This document shows positions 18,342-27,052 of a stretch of 34,362 nucleotides of DNA, piece by piece. Numbering within the stretch: the first letter of the stretch is position 1; the number at the start of each line of letters is the position of its first letter. The position numbers were made by a program, and so were the translations under genes. Under the pieces are notes generated by a model. It was not told the DNA's origin. It saw only the letters and a program-made list of their open reading frames with translations, and searched no databases. The DNA is from an uncultured Mycoplasma sp. (GTDB lineage: Bacteria; Bacillota_I; Bacilli_A; RF39; UBA660): assembly GCA_964430375.1 (NCBI GenBank), contig CAYSEZ010000002.1, positions 3,591 to 37,952 on the forward strand. The letters run 5' to 3'.

Positions 18342-18851
18342 ATGAAAAAAGAAACAAAAAAAGAAATACTTTCTTATCTTATTATAATTCTTGTAGTTAT
18401 ATTAATTAGAACATTTATAATAACTCCAGTTAGAGTAAATGGTACTAGTATGGATACTACATTAAAAGATGGAGAAATAATGATTTTAAATAAAATTAAA
18501 TATAAATTTAAAGATATAAAACGTTTTGATATAGTTGTAGTAGATTATAAAGGAGAAAAACTAATAAAAAGAGTAATTGGACTACCTGGTGAAACATTAA
18601 AATATGTTGATGATGTTTTATATATAAATGATGAAGAAGTAGATGAATATTTTAAAAATCAAGAAACATTAGACTTTGATATTAAAGATTTAGATTATGA
18701 TGTTATCCCAGATAATTGTTATATAGTTCTAGGTGATAATAGAAAAGATTCTCTTGATTCTAGATATCTAGGTTGTATAGATAAAAAAGATATAATAGGT
18801 AGTGCTAATTTAGTACTTTATCCATTTAATAAATTTGGAATAAAAAAATGA
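18342..18851 (+). CDS. lepB: Signal peptidase I
   Basis: Motifs VNGTSMDTTL (catalytic Ser), KRVIGLPGE (Lys) and GDNRKDSLDSR. Confidence 0.88.
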   Translation: MKKETKKEILSYLIIILVVILIRTFIITPVRVNGTSMDTTLKDGEIMILNKIKYKFKDIKRFDIVVVDYKGEKLIKRVIGLPGETLKYVDDVLYINDEEVDEYFKNQETLDFDIKDLDYDVIPDNCYIVLGDNRKDSLDSRYLGCIDKKDIIGSANLVLYPFNKFGIKK

Positions 18852-18858
18852 TAAATTA

Positions 18859-19137
18859 TTAATTTAATTTACTCATTTTTTTTAATATTATAATTTTATC
18901 TTTATACTTATCATATAAATATAAAACTTTATCATAAGTATCTTTGTTTACATCATTTTTAATTCTATTTAATACTTTTTCTTCATCTTTTATTATTTCA
19001 TCAAAATTATTTTTAATATACATATAAATTATATTAATATCATTACTATTTATACTAATGCTTTCTTTTAATAAAAAATTATTTATATCATTAATACTTA
19101 ATTTATCAATATAACTTTTAATTAATTTATAGTTCAT
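18859..19137 (-). CDS. Small hypothetical protein (possibly DUF2624-like)
   Basis: A 92-aa ORF. The family resemblance comes only from memory of the overall pattern. Confidence 0.45.
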   Translation of the reverse strand: MNYKLIKSYIDKLSINDINNFLLKESISINSNDINIIYMYIKNNFDEIIKDEEKVLNRIKNDVNKDTYDKVLYLYDKYKDKIIILKKMSKLN

Positions 19138-19194
19138 TTTATCACCTATAACATTTTATGTAATAAAATAATAAAAATAACAAAAAATAATAAT

Positions 19195-21234
19195 ATGAAA
19201 AAGAAGAAAATAACTAATAGAAACTTAACTAAAAATATAAATAAAAAAATAAATATAATAATTATTTTCATTATATTAGTTTTTTCATGTATTTTTTTAA
19301 GAATTTGTTACTTAAATATATTTAGATCATCTTACTATAATATGTTACTTAGTAAGAATACTACTACATATGTATATGGTAAAAGTACTCCAAGAGGTAG
19401 AATATATGATAGAAATTATAATTTATTAGTAGATAATACTTCAGTAAAAAGTATTTATTATAAAAAAAGTAATAATATAACTATAGAAGAAGAAATAGAG
19501 CTTGCTTATACTATAAGTAGTAATATAGATCTTGATTATGATAATTTAAGTATTAGAAATTTAAAAGAATTTTTCTTAATTTTATATCCTGATATAGGTA
19601 ATAATAAAATAACTAATGAAGAATATATAGATTTAGAAAATAGAAAATTATCTAGTGATGATATATATGAACTTAAAATAGATAGAATAACAGATGATGA
19701 TTTAAAAGTATTAAATGAAAATGATAGAAAAGCATCTTATCTTTATTATTTAATGAATAATGGTTATTATTACGATGAAAAAATTATTAAAACAGATGTA
19801 ACTGAAAAAGAATATGCTTTTATAGTAGAAAACTCTGATAAATTAAATGGTTTTTTTACTAAATTAGAATGGGAAAGAGTATATTTATATGATAATACTT
19901 TAAGAGATATATTAGGTAATGTTTCTAGCACGACTTCTGGTATTCCGGAGGAAGATAAAGATTATTATTTAGATAAAGGTTATTCTTTAACTGATAGAGT
20001 AGGAATAAGTGGTTTAGAAAAAGAATATGAAGATATTTTAAAGGGAGAAAAAGCTAAATATGAGGTGCTTGATGATGGTACTTTAAAACTAATAAGTGAA
20101 GGTAAAAAAGGTAATGATATAGTTCTTTCTATTGATATTAATTTACAAGTAGAATTAGAGAAAATGTTAGATGAAGAAATAATAAAAACAAAAAAAGAAG
20201 CTAATACTAGATTCTATAGTGGTAGTTATATAGTAATTCAAAATCCTAATACTGGTGAAATATATTCTATGGTAGGAAGAAGTATTAATAAAAATAAAAT
20301 ATATGATAATAGTATAGGTAATATTATGACTAATGTAACACCTGGTTCTGTTGTAAAAGGAGCCTCAATAATTGTGGGATACAATACTAAAGTAATAGAT
20401 ATAGGTACTACTATGGAAGATAAATGTATTAAGTTATATAATTTACCTTTAAAATGTTCTTGGACAACACTTGGCAAAGTAAATGATATTGAAGCACTTG
20501 CTAGATCTAGTAATGTTTATCAATATAAAATAGCAATGATGGTCGGAGGTTTTGATTATAAATATGGTAAAAAATTAGTTATAGATGAGAAAGCATTTGA
20601 TATATATAGAAATGTATTTTATCAGTTTGGACTTGGTGTATCTACTGGTATTGACTATCCAATGGAAGAGATAGGTTATAAAGGAACAAGTACAGCGGGA
20701 GACTTACTTATTAACTTTTCAATAGGTCAATATGATACTTATACTCCGATACAGTTGTCACAATATATATCTACTATTGCAAATGGTGGTAATAGAATAA
20801 AACCTCATTTTTTAAAAGAAGTAATAGATGATAATAAAGATAAATTATATGAAGTAAGTCCTCTTATATTAAATAAAGTAGAAACAGAAGAAAAGTATAT
20901 AAAAAGAGTACAAGAAGGATTTAAGAAAGTAATGAGTACAGGCACAGGAAGATTTGGATATATGGGAAGTACTAAAAATCCGGCAGGTAAAACAGGTACT
21001 AGTGAAAGTTTTATTGATGTAGATGGTGATGGAGTAATAGATTATGAAACAGTCACTAATAACTTTGTAGGATATGCTCCATATGATAATCCAGTTATGT
21101 CTATTGTAGTATCATCTCCACATGTGCAAGATCCTAATTCTGGTACTTATAAATCAGATGTAAATTTAAGAGTATCAAAAAAAGCTTCTAATATATTTTT
21201 TAAATATTATGATTACAATGGAAATAGAAGGTAA
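19195..21234 (+). CDS. Class B penicillin-binding protein (PBP2B/FtsI-like transpeptidase)
   Basis: N-terminal TM segment plus SVVK (SxxK), SSN (SxN) and KTGT motifs. Confidence 0.88.
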   Translation: MKKKKITNRNLTKNINKKINIIIIFIILVFSCIFLRICYLNIFRSSYYNMLLSKNTTTYVYGKSTPRGRIYDRNYNLLVDNTSVKSIYYKKSNNITIEEEIELAYTISSNIDLDYDNLSIRNLKEFFLILYPDIGNNKITNEEYIDLENRKLSSDDIYELKIDRITDDDLKVLNENDRKASYLYYLMNNGYYYDEKIIKTDVTEKEYAFIVENSDKLNGFFTKLEWERVYLYDNTLRDILGNVSSTTSGIPEEDKDYYLDKGYSLTDRVGISGLEKEYEDILKGEKAKYEVLDDGTLKLISEGKKGNDIVLSIDINLQVELEKMLDEEIIKTKKEANTRFYSGSYIVIQNPNTGEIYSMVGRSINKNKIYDNSIGNIMTNVTPGSVVKGASIIVGYNTKVIDIGTTMEDKCIKLYNLPLKCSWTTLGKVNDIEALARSSNVYQYKIAMMVGGFDYKYGKKLVIDEKAFDIYRNVFYQFGLGVSTGIDYPMEEIGYKGTSTAGDLLINFSIGQYDTYTPIQLSQYISTIANGGNRIKPHFLKEVIDDNKDKLYEVSPLILNKVETEEKYIKRVQEGFKKVMSTGTGRFGYMGSTKNPAGKTGTSESFIDVDGDGVIDYETVTNNFVGYAPYDNPVMSIVVSSPHVQDPNSGTYKSDVNLRVSKKASNIFFKYYDYNGNRR

Positions 21235-21271
21235 TATGTATAATATAAATATTTTTGGAAATTTTTGGATA

Positions 21272-21300
21272 TAGACAAAATCTTAAAAATATGGTATTAT
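21272..21300 (+). promoter_or_regulatory. Promoter of antisense sRNA copy 1
   Basis: TAGACA, a 17-nt spacer, then TGgTATTAT (extended -10). The same box recurs at 21616-21644 and 21978-22005. Confidence 0.6.
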
Positions 21301-21306
21301 GTATAC

Positions 21307-21410
21307 AGATGAGAGATATCTCATATAATAAAAAAGGAACACTTAGTATTACAGTGTTAAGTGTTACCAATAAATGGGGTGTCACCTAACATAAGTTAGG
21401 TGACTTTTAA
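21307..21410 (+). ncRNA. Candidate type I antitoxin sRNA 1 (about 100 nt), convergent with and overlapping the 3' end of the peptide-1 mRNA
   Basis: It starts about 7 nt after the -10 box. It has a hairpin atgaga-gata-tctcat and a hairpin aacactta...taagtgtt. The terminator is gtcacctaac-ataa-gttaggtgac followed by TTTT (21381-21408). Confidence 0.55.
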
Positions 21411-21419
21411 AAATAAATT

Positions 21420-21485
21420 TTATATTATAATTAAAAGAATGATAATTACTAATAAAATTAAGATTAAAAAATCTTTTTTACCCAT
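21420..21485 (-). CDS. 21-aa hydrophobic peptide MGKKDFLILILLVIIILLIII, a candidate type I toxin
   Basis: ATG with SD GAGGTGG at a 5-nt spacing. It has a single predicted TM helix and its own promoter and terminators. Confidence 0.55.
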   Translation of the reverse strand: MGKKDFLILILLVIIILLIII

Positions 21486-21493
21486 AACTACCA

Positions 21494-21518
21494 CCTCACT
21501 TTCTATAAAAAAGTAAGG
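21494..21518 (-). promoter_or_regulatory. SD-sequestering hairpin in the 5' UTR of the peptide-1 mRNA
   Basis: On the minus-strand RNA, CCUUACUUU pairs with AAAGUGAGG (9 bp, one G-U). The 3' arm contains the SD. The same structure occurs in copy 2 (about 21854-21878). Confidence 0.5.
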
Positions 21519-21549
21519 TAACACCTAACTACCAAGTGTTCGTAAACTA

Positions 21550-21578
21550 ATTGTACCAAATATAACTACCTAATACAA
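21550..21578 (-). promoter_or_regulatory. Promoter of the peptide-1 (toxin) mRNA
   Basis: The minus strand reads TTGTAT, a 17-nt spacer, then TGgTACAAT. An identical box for copy 2 lies at 21912-21940. Confidence 0.55.
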
Positions 21579-21650
21579 GTGAAATTATCGAAAAATAATT
21601 GGTAATTTTTGGATATAGACAAAATCTTAAAAATATGTTATTATGTATAC

Positions 21651-21762
21651 AGGTGAGAGATATCTCATATAATAAAAAAGGAACACTTGATATTAGCATG
21701 TTAAGTGTTACCTATAAATGGTTTCACCTAATTCAAAACTAATTTTGAGTTAGGTATTTTTC
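21651..21762 (+). ncRNA. Candidate type I antitoxin sRNA 2
   Basis: Promoter at 21616-21644 and the same two 5' hairpins as sRNA 1. The terminator is a 13-bp stem (21726-21755) followed by a T-run, and it abuts the stop codon of peptide 2. Confidence 0.55.
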
Positions 21763-21764
21763 TT

Positions 21765-21848
21765 TTATATCAATACTATTGTTAGTATAAATAGCAAAAA
21801 GAAGATAATGATAAATAAAGCAAAAATTAATAAATTTTTTCTATTCAC
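21765..21848 (-). CDS. 27-aa hydrophobic peptide (GTG start) MNRKNLLIFALFIIIFFLLFILTIVLI, a candidate type I toxin
   Basis: The SD GAGGTGG and spacing match copy 1. It has a single TM helix and a conserved 5' UTR and promoter. Confidence 0.5.
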   Translation of the reverse strand: MNRKNLLIFALFIIIFFLLFILTIVLI

Positions 21849-22042
21849 ACTACCACCTCACTTTCTATAAAAAAGTAAGGCAACACCTAACTACCAAGTG
21901 TTCGTAAACTAATTGTACCAAATATAACTACCTAATACAAGTGAAATTATCGAAAAATAATTGGTAATTTTTGGATATAGACAAAATCTTAAAATATGTT
22001 ATTATGTGTACAGATGAGAGATATCTCATATAATAAAAAAGG
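21849..22042. repeat. Conserved divergent-promoter block, copy C
   Basis: See 21489..21721. The rightward promoter has a 16-nt spacer because one A is deleted. Confidence 0.8.
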
Positions 22043-22128
22043 ATAGTGTATATTATTCTTAAAAGATAGAATATAATAATATTTAAAATAATAATACAGG
22101 TTTTTAGATCTGTATTATTATTTTAAAT
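22012..22128 (+). ncRNA. Orphan third sRNA copy. It keeps the promoter and first hairpin, but the body has diverged and no peptide gene lies opposite.
   Basis: Promoter at 21978-22005 and the hairpin atgaga-gata-tctcat. It ends at a perfect 15-bp AT-rich hairpin (22085-22124). Confidence 0.4.
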
Positions 22129-22140
22129 ATCGCCTTTTGA

Positions 22141-22188
22141 TAAAAAATAAAAGATACTTATGTGAGTCTTCCTTGATAAGTATCTTTT
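22141..22188 (-). terminator. Terminator of the radical SAM gene, overlapping its stop codon
   Basis: The stem aaagatacttat/ataagtatcttt is followed on the minus strand by tatttttta. Confidence 0.5.
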
Positions 22189-23075
22189 TCTTTCATTTTT
22201 TTATCTATATCATTTAATACACAAAACTTTTTTATAAGCCAAGTAGGTTCTACTAAATCTTCTTTGATTGGATCACCAGTAATTCTATTAATAACTATAT
22301 CTTCATTTAATAATTCTAACTGATTTATTACTATATCTATATATTCCTCTTTTGTTAATATATGAAAGTTTTTTTCTTTATACATTTTTTCTATTTTAGT
22401 ACCTTTTAAAATATGTAACATATGTATTTTGATACCATCTATTTTTAAATTATTTAAATATTTTACAGTTTCAATCATCATTTCTTTTGTTTCATATGGA
22501 AGTCCATTTATAATATGCACAACTACTTTAATATTATTATCTTTTAATCTCTTATAACAATTATAAAATTCTTCTAAAGTATGACCTCTGTTGATTAATT
22601 TAGATGTTTTTTCATGTATTGTTTGAAGTCCTAATTCAATAGTTAAATCAGTTTTATTATTTAAATCAATTAACATTTCTAAACACTCATCACTTATTGC
22701 ATCACATCTAGTAGCAATATTAATACCTATTACATTATCATAAGTTAAAACTTCATAGAAATTCTTCCTTAAATAATCTATGTTTCCATATGTATTAGTA
22801 TTAGACTGAAAATATGCAATGTATTTAGCGTCTTTCCATTTTTTATGAAGTATTTCTTTGTTTTTATTAAATTGTTCTTTTATACTTTTTCTTTTATCAG
22901 AAGAAGAACTACCATTTTTACAATAAATACAACCTCCATATCCTTTTGTACCATCTATATTGGGACAAGTAAGTCCTAAATCTAGTGTTACTTTAAATAC
23001 TTTAGTATTATATTTATTTTTATAATAATAATCTAATGTATGATATCTTTTATTATCATATGAATATTTAAACAT
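22158..23075 (-). CDS. TIGR01212-family radical SAM protein (YhcC-like)
   Basis: Motifs YHTLDYYYKNKY..KVFKV.LD.G.TCPN.DG..G.GGCIYC and a length of 305 aa. Confidence 0.75.
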   Translation of the reverse strand: MFKYSYDNKRYHTLDYYYKNKYNTKVFKVTLDLGLTCPNIDGTKGYGGCIYCKNGSSSSDKRKSIKEQFNKNKEILHKKWKDAKYIAYFQSNTNTYGNIDYLRKNFYEVLTYDNVIGINIATRCDAISDECLEMLIDLNNKTDLTIELGLQTIHEKTSKLINRGHTLEEFYNCYKRLKDNNIKVVVHIINGLPYETKEMMIETVKYLNNLKIDGIKIHMLHILKGTKIEKMYKEKNFHILTKEEYIDIVINQLELLNEDIVINRITGDPIKEDLVEPTWLIKKFCVLNDIDKKMKEKDTYQGRLT

Positions 23076-23176
23076 ATAACCACCTATTTAATTATAAAAA
23101 AGATTATTTATTTTGTCAAAAATGAATATAAAAATCTATATTAATAGTAAAAATATTAAATTTATTAAAAAAAACC

Positions 23177-23204
23177 TTGAAAAAAATAAAAAAATTGATA
23201 TAAT
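23177..23204 (+). promoter_or_regulatory. Promoter for tRNA-Lys (and probably rpmG)
   Basis: TTGAAA, a 16-nt spacer, then TGaTATAAT. Confidence 0.5.
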
Positions 23205-23226
23205 TATATATGTTATTTATATTTAT

Positions 23227-23302
23227 GGATTGTTAGCTCAGTTGGTAGAGCAACTGACTCTTAATCAGTGGGTCTAGGGTTCGAGTCCCTAACAGTCCAC
23301 CA
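23227..23302 (+). tRNA. tRNA-Lys (anticodon CUU)
   Basis: The cloverleaf folds by hand. The acceptor stem is ggattgt/acagtcc and the D arm is gctc-agttggta-gagc. The anticodon stem is actga/tcagt with loop ctCTTaa. The T arm is taggg-ttcgagt-cccta, and a CCA end is encoded. Confidence 0.93.
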
Positions 23303-23366
23303 CTTGATAATAAATATAGTAACATCTATATTTTTTTTATAAATATCTATTGTAAGGAGGGATATT

Positions 23367-23531
23367 ATGGCAAAGTTAGAAAATAGACAAAGAAAAACAC
23401 TTACTTGTACAGTTTGTAAAGAACAAAATTATAGAACTGAAAAAAATGTAAAAAATACTACAGAACGTTTAGAATTAAAAAAATATTGTCCTAAATGTAA
23501 AAAACATACAGCACACAAAGAAGAAAAATAA
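23367..23531 (+). CDS. rpmG: 50S ribosomal protein L33
   Basis: The 54-aa sequence [54 protein letters not shown] has CxxC...CxxC and an SD (aaggaggg). It is too short to appear in the ORF track. Confidence 0.9.
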   Translation: MAKLENRQRKTLTCTVCKEQNYRTEKNVKNTTERLELKKYCPKCKKHTAHKEEK

Positions 23532-23549
23532 TAAGTAAGGAGAGTTTTT

Positions 23550-24107
23550 ATGATTAATGTTAATGATTTTAAAACTGGTATGACAATTAAAGTAGATGGT
23601 AACTTATTTGTTGTACTTGAATTTCAACATGTTAAACCTGGTAAAGGTGCTGCATTTGTTAGAACTAAAATGAAAAATTTAAGAACTGGTTCTACAATAG
23701 AATATACTTTTAATTCAGGTATTAAGGTTGAAGCTGCTAGAGTAGAAAGAAAACCAATGCAATTTTTATATAATTCTGGAGATGTTTATACTTTTATGGA
23801 TATGAATGATTATTCACAAGTAGAAATAGATAAAAAAGTACTTGGGGATGATGTTAAATTCTTAAAAGAAAACTTAGATTTAGATATTTCTTTCTATGAA
23901 GGAGAAGTACTTGGTATATCTCTTCCTGATAAGATAGAAATGACTGTTGTAAGTACTGAACCAGGTGTAAAGGGTAATACTACATCTAGTGCAATGAAAG
24001 ATGCAACACTTGAAACAGGTTATACTATTAAAGTACCTTTATTTATTAATGAAGGAGAGAAAGTAGTAATAGCAACAAGTGATGGAAAATATGTATCAAG
24101 AGCATAA
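23550..24107 (+). CDS. efp: Elongation factor P
   Basis: Motifs NDFKTGMTI..DG.L..V.EFQHVKPGKGAAFVRTK.KNL.TG and a length of 185 aa. Confidence 0.93.
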   Translation: MINVNDFKTGMTIKVDGNLFVVLEFQHVKPGKGAAFVRTKMKNLRTGSTIEYTFNSGIKVEAARVERKPMQFLYNSGDVYTFMDMNDYSQVEIDKKVLGDDVKFLKENLDLDISFYEGEVLGISLPDKIEMTVVSTEPGVKGNTTSSAMKDATLETGYTIKVPLFINEGEKVVIATSDGKYVSRA

Positions 24108-24132
24108 GCTCTTTTTTTTATAGAAAAACTAG

Positions 24133-24750
24133 TCATCCTAGTTTATGTTTTTTTAAACATTTATATAGAAATGAATGACTAGTTATAAAATTTATTACTT
24201 CTTTTCTTATATATTCAGTTTCATCTTTATTACTATTTATTTTGCCTTTTATTTTATAGGTGACTATTGAGGATAATATTAAATCAAGGATAAATAGGGT
24301 TAATATAATAGTAAAAATAATATATAATAATTTTATTGGTATTAAATCTACTATGAATACTATAAATGGGTTTATAAAGTAAACAACTAAAGATCCAAGT
24401 ATTCCAAATGGAATCATAGTTTCTAAGCAAATTCTTCCGTTTAAATTAAATCTTTTTCTAGAATAATCCCACCATTTTGCATTATATACTTTTTCTAATA
24501 TATATGATGTAAAATATTCTAAAATAGAACATATAAAAATAGATTTTAAGAATACACTTAATATATCAGAAGTGTTATTTCCAATTAATAATAATATAAA
24601 AAGGGTACCAAATCCATATATTGGGCATAGTGGTCCAATTAAAAAACCTCTGTTGATAAATCTTTTATGTTCTATAAATTTATCTATTACTTCGATAGAC
24701 CAACCTAAAAAAGAGTAAATTATAAAATATAAAAATATTTTAATTATCAT
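24133..24750 (-). CDS. Multi-pass membrane protein resembling the putative ABC-transporter type IV (PF06541-like) family
   Basis: Motif IIYSFLGWSIEVI....E.KRFINRGFLIGPLCPIYGFG, recalled from that family. Confidence 0.6.
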   Translation of the reverse strand: MIIKIFLYFIIYSFLGWSIEVIDKFIEHKRFINRGFLIGPLCPIYGFGTLFILLLIGNNTSDILSVFLKSIFICSILEYFTSYILEKVYNAKWWDYSRKRFNLNGRICLETMIPFGILGSLVVYFINPFIVFIVDLIPIKLLYIIFTIILTLFILDLILSSIVTYKIKGKINSNKDETEYIRKEVINFITSHSFLYKCLKKHKLG

Positions 24751-24899
24751 AAAATCACCTTCTATTTAATTATACTATAATTTATATAATTTTTAACTTA
24801 TAAATTTAATAATTTGTTATAGAGGGTAAGAAATACATTTTTATTTTATGGATTTTTTTAGTATTTCGTGCTATTATATATGTAATTTAAGGAGGACTT

Positions 24900-25766
24900 A
24901 TGAAAATAATAACTAAACCATCTTCTATGGAAGAAATAAAGAAAACTATAAATTTAGTAGATGCTTATATTATTGGAATAAAAAATATGAGTGTTAATGA
25001 AAATATGTATATAGGTTTAAATGAATTAGACGAGATAAGTGATTATTTAAAGGGAAATAATAAAGAGTTATTTATATCTATTAATAAAAATATGCATAAT
25101 AGTGATTTACCTATATTAGAAAATTTATTAATTAAATTAAATGATTATAATATTAAGGGGTTATTATATTATGATGTGTCTATATTAAATATAAGTAAAA
25201 GAATTAATATAAATTATGAATTAGTTTATTCGTGTGAACATTATTCTACTAATTATTATACAATTAACTATTGGTTTAACTTTGGAGTAAGTTTTGCCCT
25301 TATTTCAGGGGAGATTACAATAGATGAAATATTAGAAATAAAAGAAAACACTAAATCTAAACTAATTGTACCTTTATTTGGTTATTTACCTATGTATGTA
25401 TCTAAAAGACATAATATTAAGAATTATTTAGATTATTTTAATTTAAATGATAATTCTAAAGTAAACTATATAGAAAATGATAATAATTATTATCCAATTA
25501 TAGATAATGAAGTAGGTACTTATGTATATTCTTCTAATATATTAAATGGTATAAAAGAAGTATTGAATTTAAAAGATATAGATTATATTTTGTTAAATAG
25601 TTTTGATATAGATATAGATTCATTTATTGAAGTATTAGAGATGTTTAAAGAAGTAAATAATTCTAATGTACTAGAATATGATAAAAAAATTAATTCTATG
25701 TTTCCTAATGTAGATAATGGATTTTTATATAAGGAAACAATAAGCAAGGTGAAGAAAAATGATTAA
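24900..25766 (+). CDS. Peptidase U32 family protein (YrrN/TrhP1-like)
   Basis: It lies immediately upstream of, and overlaps, the canonical U32 gene, as in the Bacillus yrrN-yrrO pair. Its own motifs are weak. Confidence 0.55.
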   Translation: MKIITKPSSMEEIKKTINLVDAYIIGIKNMSVNENMYIGLNELDEISDYLKGNNKELFISINKNMHNSDLPILENLLIKLNDYNIKGLLYYDVSILNISKRININYELVYSCEHYSTNYYTINYWFNFGVSFALISGEITIDEILEIKENTKSKLIVPLFGYLPMYVSKRHNIKNYLDYFNLNDNSKVNYIENDNNYYPIIDNEVGTYVYSSNILNGIKEVLNLKDIDYILLNSFDIDIDSFIEVLEMFKEVNNSNVLEYDKKINSMFPNVDNGFLYKETISKVKKND

Positions 25767-26961
25767 TGATAAAGTAGAACTTCTAGCACCCGCTGGAGAT
25801 TTAGAAAGATTAAAAATTGCACTTTTATATGGAGCAGATGCAGTTTATATCGGAGGACCACTTCTTAATTTAAGAGCTAATGCAGTTAATTTTACATTTG
25901 ATGATATTGATGAAGGAGTGCGTTTTGCACATAATTTAAATAAAAGAGTATATGTAACTGTAAATATAGTTTTACATAATAAAGATGCTAAAGAAGTATT
26001 ATCTTATGTTAAAAAATTAGAAGAATTAAATGTAGATGGAGTTATAGTAAGTGATCCTGGTATAATTAAAATAGTAAAAGAAAATACAAAACTTAATATT
26101 ATATTATCTACACAGCAATCTTTAATAAACTATGAAGCATTATCTTTTTATGAAAAAGAGGGTATAAAAAGAGTAGTTTTAGGTAGAGAATGTACAAGAG
26201 ATGAAATAAAAGAAATAACAGATAAAACTAATATGGAAATAGAATGTTTTATCCATGGAGCAATGTGTGCTTGTTACAGTGGTAGATGTGTTATGTCAAA
26301 CTTTTTAACTAATAGAGATGCTAACAGAGGGGGATGTGCTCAAATATGTAGATGGAATTTTAATTTATATGATGAAAATAAAAAAGAAATAAAAGGAGAT
26401 AAAGCTTTTACTTTTTGTTCTAAGGATTTATGTATGATAGAGTGTATTCCTGATATGATAGATATTGGTATTAAATCATTTAAAATAGAAGGTAGAATGC
26501 GTTCAAGTTATTATATTGCTACTGTAGTAAGTATTTATCGTAAAATTATAGATGAATATTATAAAGATAAAGATAATTATAAATTAAATGAAGAATATGT
26601 AAAAATACTTAATAGATGTGCAAATAGAGATAGTACTATTCAATTTTATAATGGTATTTATGATAGTACTTGTAGTTATTATAATAATAGAATTGAAGTA
26701 TCTAATCAAGATTTTTTAGGTATTGTACTTGATTATGATGAAAGTAATAAATTAGTTACTATAGAACAAAGAAATAACTTTAAAATAGGAGATGAAGTAG
26801 TAATATTTGGTCCAAATCATGATAATATTACATATAAAATAGATAAAATGTATGATGAAGATTTAAATGAAATAGAATCTGCTCCACATCCTAAAGAAGT
26901 AATAAAGTTTTATATAGATAAAAAATTAGATAAGAATGATATGATGAGGATAAAGTTTTAA
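25759..26961 (+). CDS. Peptidase U32 family protein (YrrO/TrhP2-like; RNA hydroxylation-associated family)
   Basis: N-terminus ELLAPAGDLERLKIALLYGADAVYIGG. The Cys-rich centre reads GAMCACYSGRCVMSN...RGGCAQICRW, followed by FKIEGRMRS. Confidence 0.8.
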   Translation: MINDKVELLAPAGDLERLKIALLYGADAVYIGGPLLNLRANAVNFTFDDIDEGVRFAHNLNKRVYVTVNIVLHNKDAKEVLSYVKKLEELNVDGVIVSDPGIIKIVKENTKLNIILSTQQSLINYEALSFYEKEGIKRVVLGRECTRDEIKEITDKTNMEIECFIHGAMCACYSGRCVMSNFLTNRDANRGGCAQICRWNFNLYDENKKEIKGDKAFTFCSKDLCMIECIPDMIDIGIKSFKIEGRMRSSYYIATVVSIYRKIIDEYYKDKDNYKLNEEYVKILNRCANRDSTIQFYNGIYDSTCSYYNNRIEVSNQDFLGIVLDYDESNKLVTIEQRNNFKIGDEVVIFGPNHDNITYKIDKMYDEDLNEIESAPHPKEVIKFYIDKKLDKNDMMRIKF

Positions 26962-27052
26962 CTTTGTCTTTTGTTTAAAACTTTACATAAATTTACACTT
27001 TTTTCTTTATTTTTATTTTATTTTTTGTTATATTAAAAGTGGAGATGATATT

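Larger units (their letters stand above)
21489..21721. repeat. Conserved divergent-promoter block (toxin 5' UTR and promoter, plus the 5' part of the next sRNA and its promoter), copy B
   Basis: About 98% identical to 21849..22042 over about 195 nt. The right-hand part also matches 21260..21376. Confidence 0.8.

Noticed and set aside
21200-21385. The ORF-track ORF of 61 aa on the minus strand might be a real gene.
   Set aside because: It overlaps the 3' end of the PBP2B gene and the sRNA promoter and hairpins. It has no SD. It is better explained as a chance frame across the regulatory repeat.
21255-22050. The repeats of about 360 bp periodicity might be a CRISPR array or an IS/MITE element.
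   Set aside because: The repeat units are about 120-230 bp, not 25-40 bp. They contain paired promoters rather than palindromic CRISPR repeats. No terminal inverted repeats, target-site duplications or transposase are present.
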